A stretch of 64,000 bases of DNA from Escherichia phage vB_EcoM_EC001: the sequence record MN445185.1; one strand, given 5' to 3'. Position numbers and translations under genes: made by a program. Positions within the stretch are counted from its first letter, which is position 1; each line of letters begins with the position of its first letter. Positions 44,748 to 56,500 of this stretch are shown here, in pieces. Under the pieces are notes generated by a model that was not told the origin of the DNA, did not search any database, and saw only the letters and a list, made by a program, of their open reading frames with translations.

Positions 44748-47700
44748 TTAGCTTGCTTTCCGACTTACGTTTAACGACGGTGTCGGTTGGGTTATTTCCT
44801 GCCTGCGTGCAGCTGAGCCCGGAGGAGCCACATTTGCCGCTTGCTGGATACTACCACCCCGTGTGTCGTTTGCCGCTCTCGGATTTGATTTCAAAATATC
44901 ACGAATCTCTTTCAAGTAATCGCGAGACTGAATCAGTACCTTGAGCTGCTGAACATCTATCGGGTCACCATTCAGCGTTGGCGTCGATGCTGTAGCATCA
45001 GAAGTTGGGGCGGCAACTGGACGAGCTGCTGCGTTAACCTGCGCTTCCGCGCCTGCTTTCACTTTAGCAACATCCGTTGCAGACAATCCTTCTGCTGCAG
45101 CTTGCGACGCTACGGTTTCGGCTGTTGTTGAGGCATCGGATGTTCCGGAACCACCTGTAGTTGGTGTAGGTGCTGCTGGTCCTACATTACCTGCGGCGGT
45201 AGCCATTGCATCTTGTGCCGCCATGGCCCCTTTCTGCGTCAATGCGTCATCACGACGATTAGCATTATCTGCCGGCAGGTTATCTGCTGGCGACAGACTC
45301 GGATCATTAGCGGCCGGTGCACCCATTGCTGCTGCCGGGTTGGTTGGTGAATTAGGCGACAAGCCTGCAACCATATCCTTCGTCTTACTCGGATCGGCAG
45401 CGACTTCGTTGGCAGAAATTGCGCCCATACGGCGGTTCAGTTCCTGAATAACCCCATCCACGCTACGTATACGACCGTTGCTGTAGAAGACGTTGGCATT
45501 CCCTCTCAATATTGCGGATGTAATCCCAGGAGCACTCGATGCCGCCATATTCGGATTACGCTTCCATGCTTCCAGGAATTTCTTACCGCCGCCCGCACCC
45601 AGGAAGTGATACAGATAAGCCACGGCTGGAGGTGGTGCTTTACCACCCAGGTCACGCTGTGCTTGTTGGATGTTGTCACGAATGAACTGTACACCCAATA
45701 TAGCATTCGCCCACGGGTCCATCTGGTTAACACGCGGAATACCGAACTTCCGCGAATACCCCTTCATCATCCCGTCCCACGTACCGTCAATAAACTGGAA
45801 CAACCCAGACGCCGAAGCATACGGGTTTTTAGCGGTGTAGTTAAATCCGGACTCCGCCTTAGCCATTGCTAACGCCACTGCAGGTGGCACGCCCATCATG
45901 TTCGCCGCATCGGTAATCAATGCTTTGATATTCGGAACGTTCAACGCACCCTTTCTACCCAACATTTCTATCGGGTATTTTTCAGCCAGTGACTTATAAT
46001 CACCGTCTTTCACATCACTCAGGTTAATCGAAGACGAACCAGTGGTCATTGCAGCGTAGTTCCGCACACCACCAACCGCATCGACGACTTGACCCAAGTT
46101 ACCCGGCACACCACCACTCGTACCCGATGGAATGTAGCCTGAGGCGCGAGCACCGTCAGATGACAAAGAATCTCCCGAACTGATGTTCGAGTCTTCTTCA
46201 TCTTCATCGGTGACTTCCAGAGAACTGCGGTTCTTGTTACGATCCTTCCAGCGCGCACGCTTGCCATTATTTCTAATGGCTTTAATCATGTTACGCACGG
46301 CAAGGTCAGCTTCTTTTGACAACAGCTTCAGCGTTTCCAGCTCGGCTTTAATAGACGATGGGTTCGTGTTAGCCTCACCCCCTAATGGGTTGATATTCAC
46401 TTCCCACACCGACTGTCTTATACCACCTTTCAAGCTGTAGGCTGTTGACATCATCAAGCTGATTTCGTACAGGTAACCACCAGTCAGCTTCAAGTTCAGC
46501 GGATCGGCTGTTGGCAGGTAACGCTTCACCCCAACCAAATACGTCATGAATACCGGTAAGAAACGGTCAAAGAACCACCGCTTCAAACGATCTTCTTTCG
46601 GTGTACCGATAGCGTCTGGAACCATCGAGGCGATTGCTTTCTTCCAATCTCCTTTGTAGCTTGCGGTTTTCACGTCAATGTCTTTGATGACGTTCTTCTC
46701 GAATACCGTGATCAACGTGCGGGTGGCGTTATCGATGGTGGTAAAGCCGTAAGTCTTCCAACGCACCGATTCCATCGCATTCATGTCTTTCTGGTCGAGC
46801 ACCGCATTCCAGTCTACCTGAATCTGAACCTGCTCTGTTCCGTCTTCCCAACCCTCTACCTTCGCCAGATTTTTATTACGTTCGTTATCCAACTGTCCAA
46901 GTTTGTTGATAGCTTCATCAACGCCCGCGGACTTAATCCCCTCCACGGCCGGTGCCATTCCGTACTTACGTGCTTTCTTATCGTCCATTCTGGACTTGAT
47001 TGCACGCTCGACTTCATTCTGCACTTCCATAACCTCTTCACCGCTCAAGAACTCCTTCGGTGTAAAGGTTACAACGTCCCAAGCTTTCGAGAAGAAACCT
47101 TGGTTGACTTTGCGTGGGTCTGTTAACGAAGAGAACGCTTTTGCATCCTTAGTCATCTTCATTTTGTTGAAGAGAGTCAGCATGTCCTCTTTCGATACTT
47201 TCTTCGCATCGCCGACGTCAGCCAACTGGATACTGTTCGGCATTGACTTCAGTGCCGTAATCCAGCGGAGATAAATCGGAATAAAGCGCTGAAGCATAAA
47301 CGCTTGGAAGGCCAACATCTCGCCTTTTTCCTCAACGTTAATACCGAACCCTTCAGCTAGCTTCTGAACGTCTTTTCCACTTAGCCCGCGGAGACTGGCT
47401 TGGCCATCTTCCGCGTAAGACACATACTCACGCAATGCGTCTTCTAAGTAACGCGCTTTCGCCCCGTCGTCCGACGACCACTTATCGTAATCACGGAAAC
47501 CGTACTGAGCTAAACGCATCTTATCCAGGTACTGGGTATAGGTAGTCGTTGCAATCCTGTACGCGGCGTAACCAGCCGCAGCGATCGCACCACCGATAAG
47601 AATTGCCGGCCAACCCACCGCAGTCACGACGGCAGATGCCGCAGTTGCCACAGCGGACACCGCGGGTGCCGCCAAACGGGTTACTGCGAACTTACCGACA

Positions 47701-50700
47701 TTCCACGCAGCCTTACCTAAAAGACCTACTGGTTTTAACACGCCCCATTTCGTGATAGAACCGAGTATATTACCCACAGTTCCCAAGATACTGACGATGG
47801 GACCGATGATAGGTAAGCTTTTCACCATATCCCACAGACCGCCAGATTTCCCTTTGGAGCCCTGCGCTTTCTCTTTCTTCTCCTTACGTTTCTCACGCCA
47901 ACGTTTGAAGAAGTTAAGGTAATCGCGTTTTTCATCACCTTCAGGCGGCTTGTTACGTTTACCGAACTTCGCAAACATGGTGCGAATAATGCCATCGTCA
48001 CCACCTGCACGGGATACTGATTCGCGCATGGTGTTAAACCATGACATCTCTTGCAAGCCAATCATTCGGTCCAAGCGTTCGAATAACCTTGCGCCTGCAG
48101 ACTTGGCGGCATTCTTCCCTTTGTTAATAACCCTCCCTGCTGCATCACGGGCGGTCTCAAGGTCTTCCTTCGCATCGCCGTAGACTTTACGGCCAGAAAG
48201 GCCACCTTTCGCGTTCAAATGGCTGCGATAAAACTCAGCAACATCATCGTCGCGTCCAGCCAACCGACGTTCAACTTCGTAACGTGTAGCAATGTCGTGT
48301 CGTGCTCCACGATATCCATCGAGCATATCCCCAGCCCGGCCTCGGAAACCACTGAACCAACCACGCAGGCGGTCACGTCCACGACCAAAGAACGCTTTTG
48401 TTCTTGACCAACGTCCACCAAAACGTTCAGACAGTGACGCTTTCGCGCGATCATACGCCCCGCGTACTGCACGACCGATCGTACTACCGCCACCCCCGAC
48501 GCCCTTCTCCATTTCCTCTGTCCAACTTTCGTCTTCCGGATCTCCCGGTAAACGTTGGTTCAACAGTTTATAGATACGGATAAGGATGTGGTTGGTTTTC
48601 TTGCCGGTTGATGAGAAGAGACTGAAACCACCGCCCCCACCATCTTTACGGCCTTTCCACCAACGCGTCAGTGGGTTGTCGGTAATCATGTCTTTCAGAC
48701 GATCGACACCACGTTTCGCAAAACCGAGCACTTTACCCGGTAAGCTCGTTACACGGTTGAACGCTTTCTGGAGACGTGTCTTTTCTTCGCCTTCCGGAAT
48801 CTCGTTCAGCCAGTCCTTAATCTTACCAACGATGCTGCCCGCTTTCGGTGACAGGAAATCCAGGAACCTTTTCGGTAGCTTAGCCACCTTATTAAAGCCT
48901 AAGCCAATCTTACTGGCCAGACCTTGGGTCAGTGCTTGGATTTTCCCGCCTTTATAGTAGCGGAGTTTACCCGCAGCGGCTAAGTCAGCGGCTGCTAATA
49001 TCAGATTACCTGCGGAGTCAACAATATCACTCCCCAGCTTGATGTCGTCCAGCGTTTTCAGCTGAACCATTTTACCATCAATGACCTGATAGTATTCTCC
49101 AGCTTCCAGACGTGCACCTTGCAGAACAACATTACCGTGGTCATCGTAAACGTCACGGATACCCAGTAGTCCTTTACCGAAAGAGCTTACCGCTTCAAAG
49201 CCACCACGGACACTACCGCTGATAAGGCCACGCATCCGGGTTAAGAAACCAGGACCTTCTCCGCCACCCATTCCTGCGACTTTACCGCGTGCCCAGCCAC
49301 CGAACTGGTTCAGTTTATTCCAGGCACCCTTAACACCACGTTTCGCAAAGCCACCGATTCCTGCTGCGGTGTCGAACAACACACCACCCCAACGACGAAT
49401 AAGCCCATCTTCACCGATGATAATACGACGGCGTTTACCGCCACCGCTACCACCACCAGGACGAGGTGGTCCCATCTCTTCGTCACCAGAACCAGCACCC
49501 CCTGCTAACGAAGCCAGGAGAACCCCTTCTTCGTCCATACTTCTGACGTGTTCCAGAATTTTCTGGAGGGTGTCACTGTTGTTATTACCCCGAATCGCTT
49601 CGATGATGCCGTCAAAGTTATTCCGTGGCGCTTCTTCGCCGCGGTTACGTTGACTCAACAATTCAACAAAGTTAGTCGAGGTTTCACCGTAGAGAACTGC
49701 GGCTAACTGCCGAGGCGACATTCCGCGGCCTTTACCACCGCCACGTAAAGCCGGCGGCAACGACGTGTCATCGGCACCACCATTTACCCCTTGGTTCATT
49801 CGGCGCAGATAGTCGCCTAACGCCGAACCGTTTTGCAGCTTACGTTGAATCTCCTGCTCACGAGTCAACGCACGACCGCTGCGTGTCTTACCCATTGCCA
49901 AGTCATTAAACAAGGTATAGGGATCGGACAGGTCTTTATCCACGCCGAAAGTGTCACTCTTCGCGTCGTAGTTAAAGATACCCGCATCGCGCAATGCTCG
50001 CTCACCGTAAATATTCACCGCCTCGTCGATAATTGCCTGACGTTGGGTGATAGATGACTGCACTGTGGAGATTTTGCGGGCCAGCTCGTTACTTAATTCG
50101 TTGCTACCGCCGACCAAGCTATCAGAATGCCCCTGTAACGCTTCCTTAATGCGTTCTGCGGCGTTTCCTGGCATATACCGATGAAGATGCATCGGGTCTT
50201 TCAGAATCGCTTCTACGTCGAATGCGCGGCCCTGCGAGGCTCGCGACTCGATATAGTCGGCGAGATGCTGTCGATCCTTCTGCGAGAGCGTTTTGCCGCG
50301 GTCAACAAAATCCACAGTGCTGTTAATGGAATTTTGGAGACGCAGGCGTTGTTCATCGTTTGCAACCGCCTTGCGTACGCGGTTACCGACCACTTTGCGG
50401 TCTACGAAACCACGGCTGGTGATGTCATATTCCAGGTCGGCATGTTCGCCATAGCCACGACGGACAGATTTGTTAATCTCTGCCAGCCAGGCAGGAATAA
50501 CTTCAACCAGGCTAAGATATGCTTTACGGTCAAACTTCGCCGAACGGCTTAACGTTTCGCCATTACGCTCGTCAAGGAAGGCTTTCTCGCGGTTTAGCGG
50601 TTGGACAATACCGAGTTCATTCAATACCCGGAACAAATCCGCCAACGGCCCTTGCGTTTCGCCTGCGATAGCTGAGTTCGAGATAGAGGAAAGATTACCA

Positions 50701-51869
50701 AAGGTGAACGCGCCTTTCTGCAGGCGTTTCATGACCTCTGGATTTTTCTCCATCTCCTCACGAGTCCATTTCTGGAGTTTCTCGATTTGTGGGCCGAGTA
50801 GTTTCTTCGCAAGGAATCCGCTACCCCACGCAGTTGCTTTATCACGAGCATTTGTTTTGCGACGTTCAGCAGTCAACGAAGAGCTGTCGCTCATGCCGAA
50901 ATCGTCTTCAACACCCATGCCGAGAACAGACTCTAACAAACCACGACCTTCGCCAAATATACCAGAAATCTTCTTCTTGGTATTTTCGCGAATCATGTCC
51001 ATAAACCCGTCAGCATAACGCAACGGGTTCATCCATTCCGCAGCCTGGCGTTTAACGTTCGCCCAACGGACTTCTGAGAAATCTTCCTTCGCGTAATCCG
51101 GCAATGCCGTGTTCTTCACGATGGCTTCTAAAGCAGGCGTATTACGATCGAACTCCGACTGCTTCATCTTCACGATGTCTTGGATGGCAAACAGGGTACG
51201 GTATTGCAGTTCGAGTTTCTTACGCTCGATGTTTAAGAATACCCCACGGCTTAACCCGGTTAGCAGGTTAATGTCTTTCGCCATCCCAATCATGGTTTGG
51301 TGCATTGCATCCGCACGCATCTCTTTGATGCTGTCGCGGAGCTTATCCTCTACCATGCGGTCCTGCAGCTGACGTTGTTCATCGGCATCCTTTGGCACAC
51401 CTGAGAATACGTCGCCCAGTTCACGATCCATCAATGCCTGATTCGGATCGTAGTTCTGGTAATCTAACTGGTCAGATTTTGACCACTTGTCGATGCGCTT
51501 AGTAACTGCATCCGGCAAGTATTTCTTCATCGTCGGACCGAGTTGGCGCGCTTGCATCTTCAGCGTGCGCTCGGTCTTCACAAGCTCCCCTTTCGTATGG
51601 GCGTAAATGTCCTTTGCTGCAGCTGCCGCTGACTGATAGCCCTCGTATGCATCAGCTGCCGGCTTAGGCATCCCCTTGAGGATAACTTGGTCGCGTTTCC
51701 CTTCTGGCCAGATAGTTGACAACGCCGACTTCCTGGCAACATTCAGGGTACTGAGTATCGGGCTTCGTTTTTTCTCGTCTTTGGGACGGGGTGGTTCACC
51801 GAAATCATCCCAGTCGTCGAGTCTATCTAAATCGATATCATCGAAACCGTCTTTGCCTCTTTTTGCCAT
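44748..51869 (-). CDS. giant protein (2373 aa) with lytic-transglycosylase (SLT) domain; candidate virion/ejection protein
   Basis: 7.1-kb ORF; SLT active-site motif …AMAKAESGFNYTAKNPYASASGLFQF… ~375 aa from C-terminus (nt ~45500-45960); Gly/Arg-rich segments; long hydrophobic segment (…AVATAASAVVTAVGWPAILIGGAIAAAGYAAY…); Ala/Pro/Thr-rich C-terminus. Confidence 0.9.
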   Translation of the reverse strand: MAKRGKDGFDDIDLDRLDDWDDFGEPPRPKDEKKRSPILSTLNVARKSALSTIWPEGKRDQVILKGMPKPAADAYEGYQSAAAAAKDIYAHTKGELVKTERTLKMQARQLGPTMKKYLPDAVTKRIDKWSKSDQLDYQNYDPNQALMDRELGDVFSGVPKDADEQRQLQDRMVEDKLRDSIKEMRADAMHQTMIGMAKDINLLTGLSRGVFLNIERKKLELQYRTLFAIQDIVKMKQSEFDRNTPALEAIVKNTALPDYAKEDFSEVRWANVKRQAAEWMNPLRYADGFMDMIRENTKKKISGIFGEGRGLLESVLGMGVEDDFGMSDSSSLTAERRKTNARDKATAWGSGFLAKKLLGPQIEKLQKWTREEMEKNPEVMKRLQKGAFTFGNLSSISNSAIAGETQGPLADLFRVLNELGIVQPLNREKAFLDERNGETLSRSAKFDRKAYLSLVEVIPAWLAEINKSVRRGYGEHADLEYDITSRGFVDRKVVGNRVRKAVANDEQRLRLQNSINSTVDFVDRGKTLSQKDRQHLADYIESRASQGRAFDVEAILKDPMHLHRYMPGNAAERIKEALQGHSDSLVGGSNELSNELARKISTVQSSITQRQAIIDEAVNIYGERALRDAGIFNYDAKSDTFGVDKDLSDPYTLFNDLAMGKTRSGRALTREQEIQRKLQNGSALGDYLRRMNQGVNGGADDTSLPPALRGGGKGRGMSPRQLAAVLYGETSTNFVELLSQRNRGEEAPRNNFDGIIEAIRGNNNSDTLQKILEHVRSMDEEGVLLASLAGGAGSGDEEMGPPRPGGGSGGGKRRRIIIGEDGLIRRWGGVLFDTAAGIGGFAKRGVKGAWNKLNQFGGWARGKVAGMGGGEGPGFLTRMRGLISGSVRGGFEAVSSFGKGLLGIRDVYDDHGNVVLQGARLEAGEYYQVIDGKMVQLKTLDDIKLGSDIVDSAGNLILAAADLAAAGKLRYYKGGKIQALTQGLASKIGLGFNKVAKLPKRFLDFLSPKAGSIVGKIKDWLNEIPEGEEKTRLQKAFNRVTSLPGKVLGFAKRGVDRLKDMITDNPLTRWWKGRKDGGGGGFSLFSSTGKKTNHILIRIYKLLNQRLPGDPEDESWTEEMEKGVGGGGSTIGRAVRGAYDRAKASLSERFGGRWSRTKAFFGRGRDRLRGWFSGFRGRAGDMLDGYRGARHDIATRYEVERRLAGRDDDVAEFYRSHLNAKGGLSGRKVYGDAKEDLETARDAAGRVINKGKNAAKSAGARLFERLDRMIGLQEMSWFNTMRESVSRAGGDDGIIRTMFAKFGKRNKPPEGDEKRDYLNFFKRWREKRKEKKEKAQGSKGKSGGLWDMVKSLPIIGPIVSILGTVGNILGSITKWGVLKPVGLLGKAAWNVGKFAVTRLAAPAVSAVATAASAVVTAVGWPAILIGGAIAAAGYAAYRIATTTYTQYLDKMRLAQYGFRDYDKWSSDDGAKARYLEDALREYVSYAEDGQASLRGLSGKDVQKLAEGFGINVEEKGEMLAFQAFMLQRFIPIYLRWITALKSMPNSIQLADVGDAKKVSKEDMLTLFNKMKMTKDAKAFSSLTDPRKVNQGFFSKAWDVVTFTPKEFLSGEEVMEVQNEVERAIKSRMDDKKARKYGMAPAVEGIKSAGVDEAINKLGQLDNERNKNLAKVEGWEDGTEQVQIQVDWNAVLDQKDMNAMESVRWKTYGFTTIDNATRTLITVFEKNVIKDIDVKTASYKGDWKKAIASMVPDAIGTPKEDRLKRWFFDRFLPVFMTYLVGVKRYLPTADPLNLKLTGGYLYEISLMMSTAYSLKGGIRQSVWEVNINPLGGEANTNPSSIKAELETLKLLSKEADLAVRNMIKAIRNNGKRARWKDRNKNRSSLEVTDEDEEDSNISSGDSLSSDGARASGYIPSGTSGGVPGNLGQVVDAVGGVRNYAAMTTGSSSINLSDVKDGDYKSLAEKYPIEMLGRKGALNVPNIKALITDAANMMGVPPAVALAMAKAESGFNYTAKNPYASASGLFQFIDGTWDGMMKGYSRKFGIPRVNQMDPWANAILGVQFIRDNIQQAQRDLGGKAPPPAVAYLYHFLGAGGGKKFLEAWKRNPNMAASSAPGITSAILRGNANVFYSNGRIRSVDGVIQELNRRMGAISANEVAADPSKTKDMVAGLSPNSPTNPAAAMGAPAANDPSLSPADNLPADNANRRDDALTQKGAMAAQDAMATAAGNVGPAAPTPTTGGSGTSDASTTAETVASQAAAEGLSATDVAKVKAGAEAQVNAAARPVAAPTSDATASTPTLNGDPIDVQQLKVLIQSRDYLKEIRDILKSNPRAANDTRGGSIQQAANVAPPGSAARRQEITQPTPSLNVSRKAS

Positions 51870-51898
51870 AATGTTTCTTCCAATTCAGGAGCTTAAAA

Positions 51899-53512
51899 GT
51901 GAGAAAGCTAAACTGGGTTGACTTTTACTTGTTAAACGTCAACAAGTCCCTGGTGTCGCATTTAAAACCAGTTACAACAACAGACACCTTTCAGGGACTG
52001 ACGAAAAACTTTCACCCTGAAGGACTGTATTCAACCGAAATTTTTGGCCTCACAGGGAGCGAAGCACGAGACTCAACGTTCTCGTACATTGATATCAAAC
52101 TGGATATCATTTCGCCGACCGTTTGTTTGGCATTGTTCCAGCTGAAACAGCTGTACGAAGAAATCTGTTCCGGGAAGCGATTCGCTATCTGGAATGAGAA
52201 AGAAAAAGATTTCGAGCCGGCTCTGCCCAGTGATAAAGGTGCAGACACCGGCTTCAACTTCTTCCTACGCTACTACGAACAACTGACGCCAGGACGCAAC
52301 GAATCAATGCGTCGCGACGAGACAGTCGATTTCTTCAATAAGTTCCGTCCGGTCAGTCTCAGCCGCTATGTGCTGGTTCTACCTGCGGGATTACGTGATT
52401 TGGTCATTCGTCAGGATGGCCGCGACCAAGAAGAAGAGATTGGCGGACTCTACCGCCGTCTGATTTCTCTGGCACGTGCAGTCCCCGACCGCAGTACGCG
52501 AACGGAACTGACTGACCCGGTTCGCTGGAAGCTCCAACAAACCTTTAATGACATCTGGATGTACTTCTTCAACATCCAAGACGGTAAAGGTGGTTTTGCG
52601 CGTCGTAAAGTGACGTCACGTAAGTTAATGAACGGTACGCGTAACGTACTGTCTTCATTCTCAACCGGTTCCAAGGTCATGGGTCGCGAAGATGCGATTC
52701 GTCCAACGGATACCCGTATCGGTTTGTACCAAACCCTGAAGGCGTTACTGCCTGTGGCTCAATACCACATCCGTGAACGTTACCTCAGTAACATCCGGGC
52801 AGGGGATGGCAACTTATACGGCGTTAACACCAAAACACTCAAGCGTGAGTTCCTGGAAGTCTCCGGGCGGGTGTATGACCTTTTCACTACCGACGATGGC
52901 ATCGAAACACTCATCAACAGAATGGAAGCGCGCGAGCTTCGACATAAACCGCTGATGATTGATCCGGACCATTACGTGGCATTAATCTACCAAGACAAAC
53001 GCAGCTTCAAAATCTTTTACGATATTGAAGACCTGCCGGAAGGACGTGACCGTAAGCTTGTCCGCGGACTGAGCTTAGCGGAACTCCTCTATTTGTCAGG
53101 TTACGATATTTGGAATGACTACTTCTCGTTCATCACGCGTTATCCGGTTACGGGACGCGGTTCGACTTACTCCTCGACCATAAGATTGGAGACCACCACT
53201 TCTTCCCTCTATTTGCATGAACTGGAAGACGATTGGGTCACGTTAAAAGAGAAGGGTGCAATTAGCTTCCCTGATCGTACCGTGAAAACCTTTGTGGAAT
53301 CCATGGCACCACATCCATCCCGATTAGGTGGATTGGGTGGTGACTACGATGGTGACACCGGCTCAGCAAACTGCCCGATGTCAACCGAAGCGCTCGAGGA
53401 AAATCGGAAGTGGGTCAGTTCGAAAAACTACTGGTTTGCAACAGACGGCAGTTTCAAAATCAATCCGGTTAACAACGTGATTAAAAGAACGACTGCTGCG
53501 CTGTTGAAATGA
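51899..53512 (+). CDS. RNA polymerase beta-prime-like subunit, N-terminal-half type (537 aa, GTG start)
   Basis: AGGAG SD 7-8 nt before GTG. In canonical order: SYIDIKLDIISP (~GHIELAAPVAH), RRKVTSRKLMNGTRNVL (~LLGKRVDYSGRSVI), TRYPVTGRGS (~NRAPTLHRLG), GDYDGDTGSANCPMSTEAL (~NADFDGDQMAVHVPLSLEA) ~50 aa before the stop. Confidence 0.65.
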   Translation: MRKLNWVDFYLLNVNKSLVSHLKPVTTTDTFQGLTKNFHPEGLYSTEIFGLTGSEARDSTFSYIDIKLDIISPTVCLALFQLKQLYEEICSGKRFAIWNEKEKDFEPALPSDKGADTGFNFFLRYYEQLTPGRNESMRRDETVDFFNKFRPVSLSRYVLVLPAGLRDLVIRQDGRDQEEEIGGLYRRLISLARAVPDRSTRTELTDPVRWKLQQTFNDIWMYFFNIQDGKGGFARRKVTSRKLMNGTRNVLSSFSTGSKVMGREDAIRPTDTRIGLYQTLKALLPVAQYHIRERYLSNIRAGDGNLYGVNTKTLKREFLEVSGRVYDLFTTDDGIETLINRMEARELRHKPLMIDPDHYVALIYQDKRSFKIFYDIEDLPEGRDRKLVRGLSLAELLYLSGYDIWNDYFSFITRYPVTGRGSTYSSTIRLETTTSSLYLHELEDDWVTLKEKGAISFPDRTVKTFVESMAPHPSRLGGLGGDYDGDTGSANCPMSTEALEENRKWVSSKNYWFATDGSFKINPVNNVIKRTTAALLK

Positions 53513-53530
53513 TACCCATAAGGCACATGT

Positions 53531-56500
53531 ATGATTTTTCTGAAACAGTTTAACCAGCGCTTTACCGTGCGCAAGACCGATGAGTTCGGTCGTCCGCGTA
53601 TTATCCCGCTGGAGAAGCTCCAGCTCCCACGTGGTTCTATCTACCACACCATCGATTTAGACCAGGTGGTTTTAGCGCCGCCGTTAACCACACCGTGTTT
53701 TGGCCAGCTGGAAAAACCGGCGATGATTCGCCACCACTTCCAGCTGCCTGAAGACGGCATTATTGGCCACCCGCGTAAGAAACCGGTTGTTGGCCAAGAA
53801 CGTCAAATCTTCCAGTACCATCGTAACAACCGTCGTATTCGTCGCATGATTGAAGACGGCGTGGTACGTTCAGATCCGAAAGTGCTGCTCATCGAAAACT
53901 ACACCCCGATGCTGCCGCATTATTTCTACCCTGATACTCTGATGTCCTGGTACGAACGTCTGCACAACATTCAGCTGCTGATAACTAACCAGATGAAAAC
54001 TGACTCACGTGAGTACATGCGTCAGAACTACTACATCATCGAACTGGGTAACGTACTGCCTTCTTTCGATCGTTTTAAAATGACGTATAACGATCGTGTT
54101 AAAACCAAACTGGAGCGCTTTAAGGACTTTAATCTCCTGTGGTTACTGGAACTGTTCGGTTGGGCTTACGGCGATCAGCAAGCAACACTGTTTGACGGCA
54201 TGGACATGAACCAGCTGTCACGTGTGAACTTTATCTTCACGCACAACGGTGGTTTTACATCCATGAACATGGGTGTAATTGAAAGAATGCGTAAGTCTGC
54301 CGGCGGTCGTTTGACTGACGTGCAGATGGGCAGAATGTTCTACCGTACACTGACTACGGTGATGACCACACCGCCGTCTACCGACTACGAAGATGACGAG
54401 TTCGTTACACCGGAAGGGGACGAACGCGTACATCTGGGAGAGGACGACGATGTTGTTGAAGCCGTTGCCAGTAAACCGGAAGAAACCCTCGATATCGTCG
54501 ACGATGAAGCAACACAAAGCGACAACGTTGACGATATATTGAACGATCATGAGTTCGATGAGAAAGAAGATCTGGTCATCGAAGCGCCGAAAGAAGATGT
54601 CAAACCAACCACCATCGTCGTAGAACGCACCATCCCACACGATGCTGTGATTAAACAGGAAGTTGAGCGCCTGGCAGAAGCGGGCCGCGTCACCGCCAAA
54701 GCGTATCAGTTCCTGAACGAATCTTCTAAACGTTTCGTAAACTTACCCAACCCGTACAATCCTAAAGAGACGTACGGCGAAGGTCTGACCATCGATCCGA
54801 AGAAACTCGAAGTTAAAGCCGAGCCTAAGAAGATTGAACGCTTAGTTACGGATGAAGCCTGGGCGGAAAATACCACCGACCAAATCATTCGTCAGTACAA
54901 CCAGGAAATCTTCCCGAAAGATATTCTGGGGGCAGTAGCGTCATCTCAGCGTCTCGGTTTGGCGATTCACAATCACACTGTTGAGAAAGAGATTTCCGTT
55001 ACCGGGAATATCGAACACCACACGTTGCGTATTCAGCCGATTGGCGGAGAACCAACCACGGTACGTTTCTCAATTCCTGCATTAACCGAAGACGGTACTT
55101 GGGTTGCAAATGGTGTGGAATATACAATGCGTCGTCAGCGTGTTGATCTTCCTATCCGTAAAGTGTCCCACGATACTGTAGCGTTAACCACTGCCTACGG
55201 GAAGAACTTTGTCCGTCGCAGTGATAAAGTCGTCAATGATTACGGACGTTGGCTCACTAACGCGATTATTACTCGCGCGGTCGATCCAAAGAACACCGAA
55301 ATCACTGATGCAAAACTGGCGAATGTGTTCGATCCGCTGTCTAAACTGCCGCGTCAATATACCGAAGTGGCGCGTCGTGTAGCAGCGTTCAACGCAATTG
55401 GGTACCAATGGAGCTTTGACATTAAACAGAAAGCGGCATTCTTTAACGAAGGGCAACTGGCAGACGCGGACCGTGTCGAGCTGGTACCTGTGGCGAAGAA
55501 ACCGCGGAGTCATGTCATCGTCGGTATGGATAAAAACTCCCAGCTTTATCGAGTGGATAAGGATAAGACCGAACCACTGGGTACACTCGCCGAGGTCTTT
55601 GGCGTGGACACCTCTAAGGCTCCACGAGAAATGACCGAACTGTCACTGATGGGCAAATCAATCTCGCTGGGCTTTGTGTTTTCGTACTATCTCGGGTTAA
55701 CCGGGATGTTGAAACACTTTGGTATCAGTTACGAGGTTCTCTCTGTCGGACAACGTATCGATAAAGGTCAGTTCGACTCCATCATTCGTCTCCAGGATGC
55801 GAAAATTGCAATTGTCTGCGAGAACGATCAACAGAGGATGATTGTCAACGGCTTAGACCGTTACATCAAACACTTTACCACGTATACCGAGTCGGAAGTT
55901 GACCGGGAAGACATTTATCTGAACCTGTTACGCGATGCAGATGGGCTAACACCACGCTACATCAAAGAGCTGAAACTGATGCGAACCGCATTTGTTGATG
56001 ACATGCACGCGCGTATCCTCAGGAAAATGGGCGAGCCGGAAACCTTTATCGGCTTACTGGAGCGTTCTAACGAACTGCTGCAGACGGACCACACGTTACC
56101 GGAAATTAACGGTGACGAAATGATGTTCATCGGGAACCAACGTATTTCGTATCACATCTACACCGCGATGGTGCGGGCGATGCGTAACTACAACAACGCG
56201 CCTAACTCGAATCGTAAGTTTGAGTTGACGCAGGACATGGTGTGGGGTGCGATTAACTCCGACCCGTCTGTTCTGCTGGCTCCTGGCGCAAACCCGGTAC
56301 AGAACATCAAAGAAAAAGATGTTGTTACCATGGGCGGTACAGGCGGTCGTAACCGCAAAACCATGGTATACAGTACCCGTGAATTCCAACCGAGCGACCT
56401 GGGGATTATCTCCGGTAACACGGTCGATAACGGCGACGTAGGTATCACCGCCTTTGCAACAAACAATCCGCGTTACGACACCGTGGACGGCACGACCTTT

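Noticed and set aside
44729-51921. Many plus- and minus-strand ORFs of 60-180 aa inside the 2373-aa gene (e.g. 45223..45447, 48292..48573, 50470..51018)
   Set aside because: All lie antisense or out of frame within a 7.1-kb ORF with clear domain content; typical spurious frames, no RBSs.
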